DNA of 63,779 nucleotides, filler included, from Octopus bimaculoides (lineage: Eukaryota), in the NCBI RefSeq assembly GCF_001194135.2. It is 5 parts of 5 records of this genome, joined end to end, with 100 filler letters (N's around TTAATTAATTAA, not from the genome) between each part and the next. Parts side by side here need not be neighbours in the genome. Positions count along the whole stretch, not along the records: positions 24,675 to 46,209 come from NC_068999.1; positions 46,310 to 53,515 come from NC_068985.1; 3 more parts are not named here. One strand, given 5' to 3'. A program made the translations under genes and the position numbers. Below are positions 39,125 to 51,915 of this stretch, one piece after another. The notes below the pieces were generated by a model that was given only the letters and a program-made list of their open reading frames with translations, searched no databases and had not been told where the DNA came from. Numbering within the stretch: the first letter of the stretch is position 1; each line of letters starts with the position of its first letter.

Positions 39125-39645
39125 GTTTAACGTCCGCTTTCCATGCTAGCATGGGTTGGACGATTTGACTGAGGACTGGTGAAACCGGATGGCAACACCA
39201 GTTTNNNNNNNNNNNNNNNNNNNNNNNNNNNNNNNNNNNNNNNNNNNNNNNNNNNNNNNNNNNNNNNNNNNNNNNNNNNNNNNNNNNNNNNNNNNNNNNN
39301 NNNNNNNNNNNNNNNNNNNNNNNNNNNNNNNNNNNNNNNNNNNNNNNNNNNNNNNNNNNNNNNNNNNNNNNNNNNNNNNNNNNNNNNNNNNNNNNNNNNN
39401 NNNNNNNNNNNNNNNNNNNNNNNNNNNNNNNNNNNNNNNNNNNNNNNNNNNNNNNNNNNNNNNNNNNNNNNATCAGCATAGAGGAGCTCCCAGGGGCAAC
39501 CTGTCTTGAACTCCTCTGTGATTGCCTGGAGGACTATGGTAAATAATAGGGGGCTGAGGACGGAACCTTGGTGGACCCCTACCTCTACCCGGAATTCATT
39601 GCCGTACTCATTTCCAACCCTCACCTTACTGGCAGCATCTCTGTA
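37715..39645 (-). mobile_element. RTE LINE, 5'-truncated (RT, C-terminus, tandem-repeat 3' UTR, tail)
   Basis: MYRDAASKVRVGNEYGNEFRVEVGVHQGSVLSPLLF...ELLYAD; VVDSFHYLDDQISSQGGCSESVAARIRIAWAKFR...LRVKGRLYDACV. About six 60-bp tandem units at 37880-38260. Confidence 0.92.
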
Positions 39646-39984
39646 CATATATATATATATATCACAGCCTTCATCATATAAAAGTAATTTTTATTTCAGT
39701 GTATAATAAATTATTTTACATGTCTGCATTAGTTTGCATGCTACACATTCTATAATACAATTATATATTTACAAATCAACAGAATATCTTGGTTACATCA
39801 ATTTTTCAACTTCACTATATACATACAAGCAAAAAAATGATTTTCAATGGAAGTCCAATAATTCATAAAAATGTACTATGTGGTATGTAGCCAGGTCCAC
39901 TAGTGGTGCTTTTTTGTGATTACCACAGGATTCTATAAATTCATACATTGCACATTAAATATCTATATATATATATTTAAAACA

Positions 39985-40510
39985 TATATGAGAGGTGTTC
40001 AAAAAGTATCTGACTTTAATTTTTCTGCCAAAACTAATGCTGCATGGGCAAAATCCTTTGGGTGGGAGGTGATGCCACCCTTCCTGTGCATGTGTGAAAA
40101 TGTTTGCACTGGTAAGCCATGTTACTTCCTGGTTGTTACGCCAAGAGTACAGACATGTAGTATGCACTAGTCAGATTTTTGTTTTTATGTAAGATGACTG
40201 AACACATGAAGTAAAAATATTGCATCAAGTTTTGCCAAAAGCTTAGTGATGGTCAAGCTCAAAACATCCAAAAGATTCGATAGGCCTTTGGCAATGATGC
40301 CATGGGCAAAACTCAGATCAAGAAGTGGCATAACTGCTTCAAACATGGTTATACATCAGTGGAGAGCAAGGCATGCTCAGGTAGGCCATCTACAAGCTGA
40401 TTAAGAAGGTTCAACGAATAGTTATGGAAGACTGTCATGTAACAATCCAGGAAATTCCTCATGAGGTGGGAATAAATACAGGATCAGTGCATTCCATCTT
40501 AACAGGACTT
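39985..40510 (+). mobile_element. Mariner 5' end and transposase N-terminus
   Basis: Mariner-type terminus GAGAGGTGTTCAAAAAGTATCTGACT, then KYCIKFCQKL...AFGNDAMGKTQIKKWHNCFKHG...SGRPST. Confidence 0.85.
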
Positions 40511-40659
40511 TCGCAAGGCCTGTTATGTCCATCTTTCATGCATTCGCATGTATGCCTGTGTTTAGATGTGTGCATTATTGGAAGCATAAATGTGTGTACA
40601 TATTTTGCATGTATGTATGTGTTGTAAATTAACAACATATGTATCTTTATTGAAAAAGT

Positions 40660-40850
40660 GGCGAGTTGACAGAATCATTAGCATACTGGATAAAATGCTT
40701 AGTGTCATTTCTTCTGATTTTATTTTTGGTTAAAATGCCAACAAGGTTGACTTGCCTTTCATACTTTTGTGGGTTGATAAAATAAGTACCAGTGAAGCAT
40801 TGAGTCAATGTAATTGACTATACCCTCCCCCAAAACTTCAAGCTTATAAT
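40660..40850 (+). mobile_element. SINE family A
   Basis: Diverged copy. Confidence 0.75.
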
Positions 40851-40984
40851 AGAAAGGATTATTGTTGTTGTTGTTGTATTATTATGATTATCATTACATT
40901 TCCATCGATTACACAAAATTATTTTCAACACACACATATATGCATGACTACACACATGTATGAGTATACACACACACACGCACG

Positions 40985-42850
40985 TGGTGGGCACAGCTAA
41001 CCAAAAAGTTAACTTCATTTAACTACTAAACAGGTAAAAAAATTAGCGGAAACTAATGCTAACTGATAACCACTAACTTTTATCATATGAATTTAGTTTT
41101 GGTTTGATTTTTTGGCTCTAAAACCCCTAAAAACAGACCTAGAGAGCTGAAATTTTCATGTTGTAGCTTAGACATAGAGCTTTCCAAAAAGGTATAGCAT
41201 GCCAAGATCAGATGATGATCAAAGCATATACAAATAATTAAATGAACAAATGAAATTAAACATTAGTTTTTCAGTCAACACACTTTATTTACTGTACAAA
41301 AAGTATTAAATGAATCAAATGGTATAGTATAGCATAGGCATCATGCCAAGATCAGATGATGATCAAGGTGTACTATGCTGCCTTGATGTGATGCTGGTTG
41401 TTCTTCATTAAACATCAGCCTCTCAAAGTTACTATCTGACAGAGTGGCTCTCTTGGCTCTCAAAATATCTTTGCCTATAGAGAATAGGCACTCAACTGCA
41501 GCACTGGATGGGATGGCAGTGTTATACTTGGTGAACAGGTCAATCAAGACCTGCTCACCCAAAAAGACTTCAGTTAGGACCTTCTTCAAGATGGCTTCTA
41601 GCCAGGTCTTCACCAAGTTCTGCGCCTTGGATTTCAGTGACCTGCGGCTCTTGATCTCCCAGAACTGAGTGATGTTGCTGAAGAAATCCTCTTTCTCATC
41701 CTCATTGCTGGTGGTGCAGCTGCCTTTCTCATTGGTCTCCATGGCATTTGTTACTCTGCTAACCTGGCTATTATTATACTGCTCCAGCCTGAACAGGTGA
41801 AACTTGCAGTGGAAGGTAGCAGCCAGCTGGTACTCCAGGTCTTCTAGGAGGAGCCCAAACCTTTACGTGAGCCTGCCTTTATTGTGTCTACCAGAAGACT
41901 TCAGTACAGGAGATGTTTGAACTTGGCCTCCTTCAACTTCATGACGGTAGCCACTAGAGTTGGCAGAAGGTTCCCAAAATAGGCCTGGTCCTCCCCACTG
42001 GATTTTATCCAAGGCTTTCACAACATTAGACATCACCTGGCCATACTTGGTCAGGAAGCCAACATCAGAATCGGTGAAGGCCTGCAGCTTCAGCTGCGTC
42101 ATCACCCTGTGGACAGCTGCCCTATTCCTCTCCAGCAGGTTGTTGAGGACAACAACAGAGTCATAGGTAGAGTTCCATCTGGTACCATTGGGGACCACCA
42201 GCCTCCTCTTTCACACATCTAGAATGCTGTCTACTGCCCCCATGCTGCAGCTCTGCAGATTACACAGCTACTGTACCTTGGACATGGCCTTCCTGTAGGC
42301 CAACTTGAATATAGTGCTGTCAAGAGCCTTGTTGGCATCCATACTAGCTACCAAGTTGAAGGTATGGGATACACACTTTATGTGCAGTGGCAGGTTTAGA
42401 CCCAGGCTGCTGGACTCGTCAAGGATGGCATCAGCAGAGATATACTCAACTTCATCTACATCTCCAGCCTCAGGATCCATGTCCAGGTCTACATCCTTGA
42501 CACCCTCCACATTCGGATTGGCTGCAGCCTCAGGAATGTCTGGCAAGGGTTCAACTTCTGTACCAAACTGCATGAATACCTCAACAAAGCTTTTGCCGTC
42601 GTCTATCATGGTCCTTGTCACCTTGTCTTGCAGAGAGAACTTGTAATGGGTGTCTACCATGGCCTGGGTGAGAACATCAAAGGTGTGATGTCCTCTGAGC
42701 CGAGAGCAGGCCAGGATGGCGTGTTGTCTCGTGCGGGTCTTAGGGGTACTGCCAATGTGCCATCATCCCTAGGTAGGACCTGTTGTGATCTTACCAACAG
42801 TCCATGGTGGTTGCCTCCCAGGGAACATCCTTGAGCAATCTGCAATTAAA
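40985..42850 (-). mobile_element. hAT DNA transposon, degenerate transposase
   Basis: TTMDCW..RSYLGMMAHW, RLRGHHTFDVL, TMIDDGKSFV, KCVSHTFNL (CxxH), TRWNSTY, and the dimerisation domain NTAIPSSAAVECLFSIG..ILRAKRATLSDSNFE; frameshifted. Confidence 0.9.
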
Positions 42851-43865
42851 TTGTAAAAAGACATAAGTTCATCATCATCATCGTTTAACGTCCGCTTTCC
42901 ATGCTAGCATGGGTTGGACGATTTGACTGAGGACTGGCAAGCCAGAAGGCTGCACCAGGCTCCAATCTGATCTGGCAGAGTTTTTACAGCTGGATGCCAA
43001 AAAACTTAAAATCACGCATAATTATATATATATATATATATAATAATCAAGGTGGCTAGCAGCAATTTATAACCAAAAAGGAAATAATTCATCATCACTA
43101 AGAGTGTCAAGGGTGCAGTGAGCACCAGCATTGCAAGAAATACGAGCCTTAGCTACAAAAGCACATGGTCTCTTTGTAATGACAGGGGAAAAAACCCTCC
43201 CCACTGTGAGCGAGATGCATTAGGTTAGCATGCTAATTTTGTATACGAAATTAATACTCATCAGTAATGCTCACTCCATCACAGTTGGTAGAGGCCAACT
43301 CACCCAGTCAATATTATGGAGAATCCCATTGGAATCAGTGACTGGTTTCACAAAATGGTAATGTGAAAATTATAAAATAATCAAGGTGGTTAGCAGCAAT
43401 TTAAAACCAACAACAAAATAATTCACTATTACTAAATATAGACACAGAGTATGATCAAGTCCTACTAAAAAAAAGGACTCTCATCCACATCCTCATGCAA
43501 GCTGCAATGATCTTTGTGAGTACGTGGTTTGTGCAATTTTTTGCAGGTAGGAAGTAGGCAGGACATTTGACCGCAGTATCTTACAACCGTATTTTGTTTA
43601 TAGAAATCACACAGATTGTAGTTTCACATTTGTTACTAGGCAGTTCTAAATTCATGGAAATATTGCTTATAATTTAAAGCCTTTTGAAAATAGTGACACT
43701 ACCTTGGTAGGTGATGTGTTCGGGAAGTGGAAGAATACCGAGATGAGGGATGGAATGATGGTCGGAATTTGGCAAGTGCAGAACTTAAGGTTCGCTTATT
43801 CTTTATTTCAATAAAGACTGCTGTTTTGGCTGTGCAGACTTAATCATGAGTGGAATATGTGTATA

Positions 43866-45273
43866 TACCGTGTTTCCCCGATAATAAGACCTACCCGCAA
43901 AATAAGACCTAGCATGATTTTTGAGGATGATTTTAATATAAGCCCTAGGTGAGAGCGGCAGAAAGACGAAAGAAACAAACATTCTTTTTTTTATATTTAT
44001 TCAAACTGCTTTAATGCGGTGTATGCCATCTTTTTCAAAATATCTTTTTTTGGCAAGTAAAAATAATGACGACACAAAAACTATTCTTGTGTGTTCTTTC
44101 GTAACTCAGTTACACAGCTGAGCAATGAAAATTAACTTTTAACACTTTGTTTTTTTCGAGCATTTACCAGACGTCTCTTATCTTCAAGGTTGATTCTTGC
44201 AGGCGCGATTCACTGTGCTACTATTGCAGAGGCAGCGGGTGACGACAAAACTTCCCTAATCTCAGCCAATCACATCATGCGACACAAACACTCGTCTTCG
44301 TCAATGATCAAGATGAAGACATAGCACATTGTAGCTATGCTCGCACATTCAAATTTCAAACTACAGTTTTCTTGGTAGAGATAAATGAGGTCATTATTGA
44401 TGTGCGTACGCAAAACGAATCAAGTGGAACTTTCCAACGGCCAAGAGGAGAGCTCGCTGACTGGTTCAACAATTACGTGATTGCCTGATTGGTATGTAAA
44501 AAGTTTAACTTTGCTACATTGGATAGGAAATCATTTTTCTGGTCATTTTCATCCCAAGACAAGATGAGTGTAAGAAAAAGTTATTCAATTGAGTACAAAA
44601 ACAGAATAGTGGAGGAATCACAGGGCAAGAACCTTACTGCTTTCTGTAAAGAAATTGAACGTGTTTCAGGCATTTGTGTTCTGGAAACTGAAAAGGCATG
44701 GTGTACACAGGCAGTTTTAAGGAAATGGATCGATTTCATGCTGCCATTGATTTTGCGAGGAAGCGAAAGAGGTATGATAGTTTGGGATTCAGCCAGCACG
44801 CACCGTGCAAAATACATGAAGAACTTCCTTGCAGAAAGGAGAATAGATCAAATCATGATTCCCACAGGAATGACTGCTTATCTCCAGACTCTTGATATTG
44901 CAATAAATAAACCATTCAAGGACCACTTACGCATGGAAATCAATGACTACATTGGAAACAGAATAGTGAGAAATGAGCGTGGAAATTTTGTGAAGTCCAG
45001 ACTACAAGAGATTGTGATTTGGGTGACAAATTCATGGAACAAAATCACCGACAGCTGTGTTGCCAATGCGCTAGAGCAGGCTACCTGGATAAGAACTTCT
45101 CATTCCATGAGACCTCTATTGCTCGACATGAGAGAATAGGAGCGAAAATTCTGCAGGAAATTGAGTTAAGCGAAAACTCAGCTGGAATTTTGGAAATCGA
45201 TGAATTGCAAGACATTCCAGAGGACTATCAGACTATCAATTCTGATGTATATAGATGCCAGCCAGAAAAATGA
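43866..45273 (+). mobile_element. pogo/Tigger-type transposon, DDE_1 transposase with internal deletion
   Basis: Terminus CCGTGTTTCCCCGATAATAAGACC. ORF 44489-45139 has RKSYSIEYK (HTH start) fused to AWCTQAVLRKW...IVWDSASTHRAK...IPTGMTAYLQTLDIAINKPFKDHLR. Confidence 0.9.
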
Positions 45274-45274
45274 A

Positions 45275-45700
45275 ATTAAAAAATTCATCAGATCAAGCCA
45301 GTACTAGCCAATAGGAAAGCGGGTGTGTTCCAACAAGACAACACCAGAATTCATGCGTCTTTGGTTACCTGCATAAAAGTTGCATGAATTTAGGTGGAAC
45401 CTCTTATTGCATCCACCATACTCTCCCAACATTGCACCATCTGACTTTCATTTGTCTGGATCCCTGCAATTCCTTAAACAGAAAATCATTTAAAGATTTA
45501 TATGCAATCAAAAACCATCTCTATAACTTTTTTTTCCTCCAGACCAATCAGTTCAATGTTGATGGAATTCTGAAGCTGCCAAATAAATGGACAAAAATGG
45601 AAGGTAGTTTAATGAATAAAAATTACTATAATGGAAGTATATTTGTTTTATTTCCATCCTTCAAAAACACTCAGAACTTTCTAAGCAACCCAATATATAT
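45275..45700 (+). mobile_element. Mariner transposase C-terminal fragment
   Basis: FQQDNTRIH...LHPPYSPNIAPSDFHL...GILKLPNKW, the mariner D34D YSPDLAPxD region. Confidence 0.88.
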
Positions 45701-46043
45701 ATATATTATGGAGATAAATTTGCATAGCAAGTGTTTTGATCTGAGATCCTGTACTGAAACTAAAGTGATTGTAGCATGGAGATACAAGATAGCCATTCAG
45801 AAACATATAAAGGCTATCAACTAGTGCTGGTGCCATGTAAAAAGCACTGAAACTGGTGTCACATAAAAAGCACTGGTCCCATGTAAAAAGTATCTAGTGT
45901 ACTCACTCTACAAAGTAACTGATGTTAGGAAGGGCATCCAACTGTAGAATCCAAGCCAAAAACAGACAATAGGGATTGGAGTAGCCCCCTGTCAAGCCAT
46001 CCAACCTAAGTCAGCATGGAAAACAAATGTCAAATGATGATGA

Positions 46044-46083
<40 letters not shown>

Positions 46084-46892
46084 ATATATTGTTATTAATA
46101 TCAGGAAATAAATATTAGAAAATTCATCAGAAAGATATATACGTGTAAAATAATTGTTGTATTAAAAATATAAATATATGTAAATATGTATAAGTATAAA
46201 TATCTAATANNNNNNNNNNNNNNNNNNNNNNNNNNNNNNNNNNNNNNNNNNNNTTAATTAATTAANNNNNNNNNNNNNNNNNNNNNNNNNNNNNNNNNNN
46301 NNNNNNNNNCTAAATAATTAAAATAGTGTTTAACAAAAGCGAAGATAGAAACTTTACTGTAAAAACAATTCGTATTTTAACGTTGCCAAGTTAATGTCAC
46401 TGAGATTTTTGCCCATCATAATGTGTCTAATCGAAAGGTTAGAGTTTCTTCCGTTTCAGGGTTAAGTTATTTTCGGAGTATTTTCCCATTTTGCACCGTT
46501 TTATATATTTATACCCTACCCCATATCTCAAGAACTAGTGGTTCGATTTATGCGAAGCTTGTTTTATTCCGTTTGTAGTCACATTTCAGGGGCACTTTAC
46601 TTTCAAAGTATTTTCCCATTATGCGCCGATTTAGTTGTGTAGCATTCCAAGCAAGCAAGCAAGATTGAAGTTCATTTTTAAAAGCATATATATATACGAC
46701 GGGCTTCTTTTAGTTTCCGTCTACTAAATCCACTCACAAGGTTTAGGTCAGCCCGAGGCTATAGTAAAAGACACTTGCCCAAGATGCCATGCAGTGGGAC
46801 TGAACCCGAAACTATGTGGTTGGGAAACAAGCTTCTTGCCACCCAGTCACGTCTACACCTACATGTATGTATATATATATATTAAAACTGGT

Positions 46893-47100
46893 GAAGGCCG
46901 GTTTATGGGATTGCCTTAGGTTTCCATGCATAAAGAGTTTAGCTGTATGGCGTATCGTCAGATCTCAAAAACCTGTTGGGCCATGACCTCTTAAAAATAT
47001 GGAGGTGATAGGCCAACAGGTTTTTGGGCTCTGACGATACACCATAAAGCTAAACCCTTTATGGACGGGAAACTTAAAGTAAACCTATAAACTGACCTTC
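46893..47100. repeat. Imperfect foldback hairpin, arms about 85 bp
   Basis: 46900-46982 pairs with 47011-47093. Confidence 0.85.
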
Positions 47101-47159
47101 TCCACACACACATACCGGCCTTCCACACACACATACCGGCCTTCCACACACACACACAC

Positions 47160-47352
47160 ACCATATGATCACGTGATCGGCCAGACCATCGCTGGTCCCA
47201 ATGTGCTCTGCGTCGTTTCAGCATTCGAATGATGAAACCCGGCTGGCGAAATGATGTGCTTTGCTCAAGAACAACGCACTGATCGGTCCGGAAATCGAAC
47301 CAACGATAAAGCGTTCGTGAGTGTAACATCCTAACTAATGGGCTACGCGACT
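47160..47352 (-). mobile_element. tRNA-derived SINE (family E)
   Basis: Minus strand GTCGCGTAGCCCATTAGTTAGG...GGTTCGATTTCCGG...GTTCTTGAGCAAAGCAC; partial relative at about 48255-48335 (+). Confidence 0.65.
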
Positions 47353-47489
47353 TCACACACACATTCACACGCATGCACGCACATATACTGTGTGCGTGTG
47401 TATGTACGTATACGTGCATGTATGTACGTATGTATGCATGTATGTATGTATGTATGTATGTATGTATGTATGTATGTATGTATGTGTGA

Positions 47490-47695
47490 CCGCGTGTGTA
47501 TCGTTGGCGATTTTCTTTCTCTGTCTTCCCTTCTTTGGACTTTTCCTATATTTCTGACGAAGATCTTCGATCGAAACGTTAAATCCTCCTTCTTTGCTTT
47601 CCTTTCCTGAGCGTCTAATAACACTGTACTTATTCCACGTCCTCGCGTTGTTGTTTTTTCGTGTTTTTTTCTTGCTTGTTCATGTTTGAATTGAC
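47490..47695 (+). mobile_element. Penelope-like element 3'/pLTR remnant between microsatellites
   Basis: Carries the hammerhead motif; same architecture as 24675-25012. Confidence 0.45.
47549..47585 (+). ncRNA. Minimal type I hammerhead ribozyme motif (Penelope-associated)
   Basis: AUUU-CUGACGA-A-GAUC(UUC)GAUC-GAAA-CGUU-AAAU: intact core, 4-bp stem II, palindromic ACGU stem III, 4-bp stem I. Confidence 0.6.
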
Positions 47696-47821
47696 TATGT
47701 ATGTGTGTATGTAAGTATGTATGTATGTATGTATGTATGTATGCACTGTGTATGTGTGCATGTGAAGATGTGTGTGTATGTATGTATGCATGCATGCATG
47801 CGGGTATGTGTTTATATGTAT

Positions 47822-47881
<60 letters not shown>

Positions 47882-48539
47882 GCGTATGTATGCATGTATG
47901 AATGTATGTATGTGTGTATATGTGTATGTATGTGAGTATGTGTGTGTATGTATTTATGTATGTATACATGTGTGTGCATGTATGTATGTATGTGTGTGTG
48001 TGTATGTATGTATATATGTAAGTAGATAGGTAAGAATGTAGGAACGTGTGTGTATGCATGCGTGTGTATGCATATATGTATATATGTATGTATGTATTTC
48101 TTGTACACACAAACACGCACGCACTCACGCACGCACGCACAAGCAGACACATATAGACATAGAGATAGAAAGAGAGAAATGGAGACAAAATGTGAGTGAG
48201 TGAGTGAGTGAGTGGTATGAAGACTTGTAAGTACGATCCCCTTATGATCATAATGTCGTTAGTTCAATTCCTGAACATTAAACAGCGTATTGTGCCCTTG
48301 AGCAAGACATTTCATTTCAGTCTACTCAGCTGGCGCATCCTGCTTCCACCACAAGCAGTCGCATCCTCCATGTACCACTGAGTCAAAGGTTCGAGAAGAT
48401 GTCTATGTTTGTACGCGACTGAGATTTGTTTTTGAGCCAGCGCAGTGCTGTTGTTCATTTTAGAATTCCAATTGAGTAAGAATTAAAAAAAAAGAAAAGG
48501 AAACAGATCTTTTGTTAAAAAACATCAGCACTTACTAAT

Positions 48540-49010
48540 GAGTGCAGAGATCGTAAGAGATTATAATCGGGTAAAGATAGCCAAATTAATTCAGCATCAA
48601 AAAATTTGTTTTGGCAATGTTCGTGAAAAGAATGCTTTAATTAATGAGTCAAAAAGAAGAGTTTAAAACGGAAATGCGTAAAGGAAACTTCACACCAACT
48701 AATGGATGGTATAACAAATGGAAAAATTTAGAGAAAATGGTGTCCTAATGATTTATAGCGTAGAGAGTAGTGTTGAATTTTTTATCAGTTAAAGTGTGGA
48801 TTAAAACAGATTAACTAAAAATATTTTCTGAATATTCTCCTGATAATATTTACAACGCTTTCGAAATGGATCGCTCGTTTTATGCAGTGCCCGAGCATAC
48901 TTATTTGTTTAAAAATTAAAATAGCAAAGTGCGATTGAGGGTTCCTTGTAATATGAAAGGACGAAAATGGGAAATTTTGTTGACTGAGAAAAATAAAACA
49001 ATCCCTAGTT
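48540..49010 (+). mobile_element. Degenerate Tigger/pogo transposase fragment
   Basis: FTPTNGWYNKWK (CENP-B-type SxGW..F), EYSPDNIYNAFEMD (IFNADETG-like), PCNMKG. Confidence 0.65.
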
Positions 49011-49235
49011 AAAGAGTAACAAAAGCAATTTTTTTTTCTTTATTACTGTTCTAACGTAAATCTATGGATCTATATTTTTTATCATCTTTTACTTATTTCA
49101 GTCGTTAAACTGCGGCCATACTGGAGCACGTCTTTGAAGAATTTTTATCGAATGAATCAACTGAAGTACTTCTATTTTTTAAAACTGTCGCTTCAAATCG
49201 GAGAATATACATTATCATGATATATTATTATACAG

Positions 49236-49301
<66 letters not shown>

Positions 49302-49304
49302 CTT

Positions 49305-49600
49305 TGATATGTTTCAACCGAAGATGTGGGCACTCCAGCTCAGAATGTTGTCAACAATTACTCCTAGGTCTCTGGTATTGTTAGATTTTGCGAGTGGTTC
49401 CCCTAAAGGAAGAGAGTACGTATACATATATATATTACTAGAGGTCACAAAAGTGACAGGGGATGCTGGCTAGTTAAATTAACTCCAATGCCACAAATTA
49501 CTAACTTAATGATTGACAAGGGGAAGTAGGCCCCTGTTGTATAGAGCCGGATCGCGAATCCGAATCTTGGTGTTGTCACCTTAATTCTCATCAGCGGCTT
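49305..49600 (-). mobile_element. CR1/L2-like LINE RT remnant
   Basis: GEPLAKSNNTRDLGVIVDNILSWSAHI resembles the KDLGV..D..L.W..HI motif. Confidence 0.55.
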
Positions 49601-49734
49601 TTTACGCCTAGGGTTAAACTCAATTTCCCCTATCAATCATGCAAGAAAATGAAAACTACTTTTACCATTCCATTTCTTTCTATATTAGCAACAGTTTCAT
49701 ATTTCTTTATTGCTCACAAGGGGCCAAACAGAGG

Positions 49735-49920
49735 AGACAAACAAAGGGATTAAGTCGATTGCATCGACCCCAGTGCGTGACTGGTACTTAATTTTATCGA
49801 CCTCGAAAGGACGAAAGGCAAAGTCGACCTCGGCGGAATTTGAACTCAGAACGTAACGGCAGACGAAATACCGCCAAGCATTTCGCCCGGCGTGCTAACG
49901 GTTCTGCCAGGCCGCCGCCC
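49735..49920 (-). mobile_element. SINE family A (young copy)
   Basis: Close to the apparent consensus. Confidence 0.9.
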
Positions 49921-50219
49921 TCTAGGAACAGTTTCAGCTTAACAATAATATTTTGTTGGGTGCATAAAATCGTAGCTCCATGCATGTATGATATTTTCAG
50001 TCAGAAATATTTTTGCAAAATTGTCGTATGTGGGACTTATTACGCTTTTGGAAAATGCTAAACCGTTGTACCACACTTTGACAATTTTCATCCGAAGCAG
50101 CTGGAGATACGATAGTTTGACCAAAAGAACCGGCTATCGCAAGCAAAATTAAATATTGAAAAAAAAAAAACGCATTTGGCCAAATTTGGTTTAACATAAT
50201 ATTAACGATATATATATAA

Positions 50220-50425
50220 GGCGGCGAGCTGAAAGAGTCGTTAGCACGCCGGACAAAGTGCTTAGCGGCATTTCGTCCGTCTTTGCGTTATAAGTTCAAA
50301 TTCTACCGAGGTCGACTTTGCCTTTCATCCTTTCGGAGTCGATAAATAAGCACCCGTTACCCATTGGGGATCGATGTCATCGACTTACCCGTTACTTCGA
50401 AATTACTGGCCTTGTGTCAAAATTT
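50220..50425 (+). mobile_element. SINE family A
   Basis: Full-length copy, inverted relative to 49735-49920. Confidence 0.9.
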
Positions 50426-51284
50426 GGTCCTAATTCTATTGGTCTCATTTTGACGAACCACTATGTTACGAAATCGTATACAAACCAAAACCAGTTGTCA
50501 AGCAGTGGCGGGAGATAAGCACGAATACAAACACACCCGCGCGTGCGCGCGTACACACACACACACATACAACATGTGTAAGTGTGTGTACGTGTGTACG
50601 TGCGCGCGTGTGTACGTGTAAAAAATCATATGAAAGTTGTTTTTGTTTTTTAAACATTGAATCACAAAAACAAAATGCAATAAAATGATAATTCTATTTT
50701 AGATAAAGGGAAGGAAAAAAACATTCCATGAAGGCAAATAATGAGCAATCCCGAAATAATCCAATATTTCTGCCATTTTAGTATTCATTGATGATGCGTT
50801 GTTCGATGCAATATTTTCGTATTACCTTTTACGATGTGGATTTTATGCGCTGATACTGTTTGAGTAGTTCTTCGTTTTTGATTGTTCTTTTTTCGAAGTA
50901 TCTAAAAATTTCCTGATCGTACAACGGAATTTTATACTCAGAATTACTTTTCCATGCTTAGTGAAATGTGACGTATTCACTCTGTGAATAAAAACATCAA
51001 ATGAATAATTTTACTCTGTGATAAAAAGCATGACGACGAATTTACCAACAAAGTATTGCTTTCCGATGTTATTTCCTTGCAATGAAATTGTCTGGTTATG
51101 TAATTACCAGGTAGTGTAATTACCCAAGACGGAATTTACAACGAAGCATTTGTTTTTCTTGAATTCATGGCTGAAAGAAGCTGTTGATACTCAGCTGAAA
51201 TGAAAGAAGTAAAAACTCTTGAAAAGATTGCTGTAACAGGTCTGCAGAAAATTATGAAAGATAAATGAATGTCGTAAATAACAA

Positions 51285-51630
51285 AGGAAAGGTTATTAAG
51301 ATCAAGAGTATATCCAGTAGCGATGTGAAGATACGAAAGTTAGACAATTAACAAACAAGATAGAAGGAAAATTGTTGCATTTGAAATGTGGTATTGGAGA
51401 AGATTACGGAGAATATCATAGGCGGAGGTAAAAACAAATAGATCGATATTTGTTGCAAGTGAAACCTGGCAGTACATTTGGAAGCATTGATTATCGAAGG
51501 TTAAAATTCTTTGATCACATTTTGAAAGCCGATAGCCTAGGAAACAGTATTACGTTCAGAAAAACTGGAGATTCGAGAGGAAGAAGACGATTAGACATGA
51601 AATGGACAGATGGAGTGATTAACCGAGTGA
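51285..51630 (+). mobile_element. RTE LINE C-terminal fragment
   Basis: RLLRSRVYPVAM...ES*TINKQDRRKIVAFEMWYWRRLRRIS...RLKFFDHIL...RGRRRLDMKWTDGV. Confidence 0.8.
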
Positions 51631-51699
51631 GATATTATTTTAGAATCAGCTCCACGAATTTAGGACCCATTCAAAAGGATATAAATGTGTAATATATGT

Positions 51700-51915
51700 T
51701 GGTTTCAAATTTTGGCACGCGGCCAGCAACTTCGGAGGAGAGGGCAAGTCGATTATATCGACCCGAATGATCAATTGCTATTTATTTTATCAGCCCCCGA
51801 AAGGATGAAAGGTAAAGTTGACCTTGACGGGAATTGAACGCAGATTGTAAAGACGGATGAAATGCCGCTAAGTATTTTTCCAGGCGCGGCGACGATTCTG
51901 CCAGCTCGCCGCCTA
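51700..51915 (-). mobile_element. SINE family A
   Basis: Full-length reverse copy. Confidence 0.88.

Larger units (their letters stand above)
47365..48220. repeat. Large compound (TG)/(TATG)/(TA) low-complexity tract
   Basis: Source of the spurious 302-aa H/T/Y/I ORF. Confidence 0.95.

Noticed and set aside
47343-48251. 302-aa ORF and overlapping ORFs rich in H/T/Y/I or C/V/M/Y
   Set aside because: Translation of (CA)/(TA)/(TACA) microsatellites; no protein signal.
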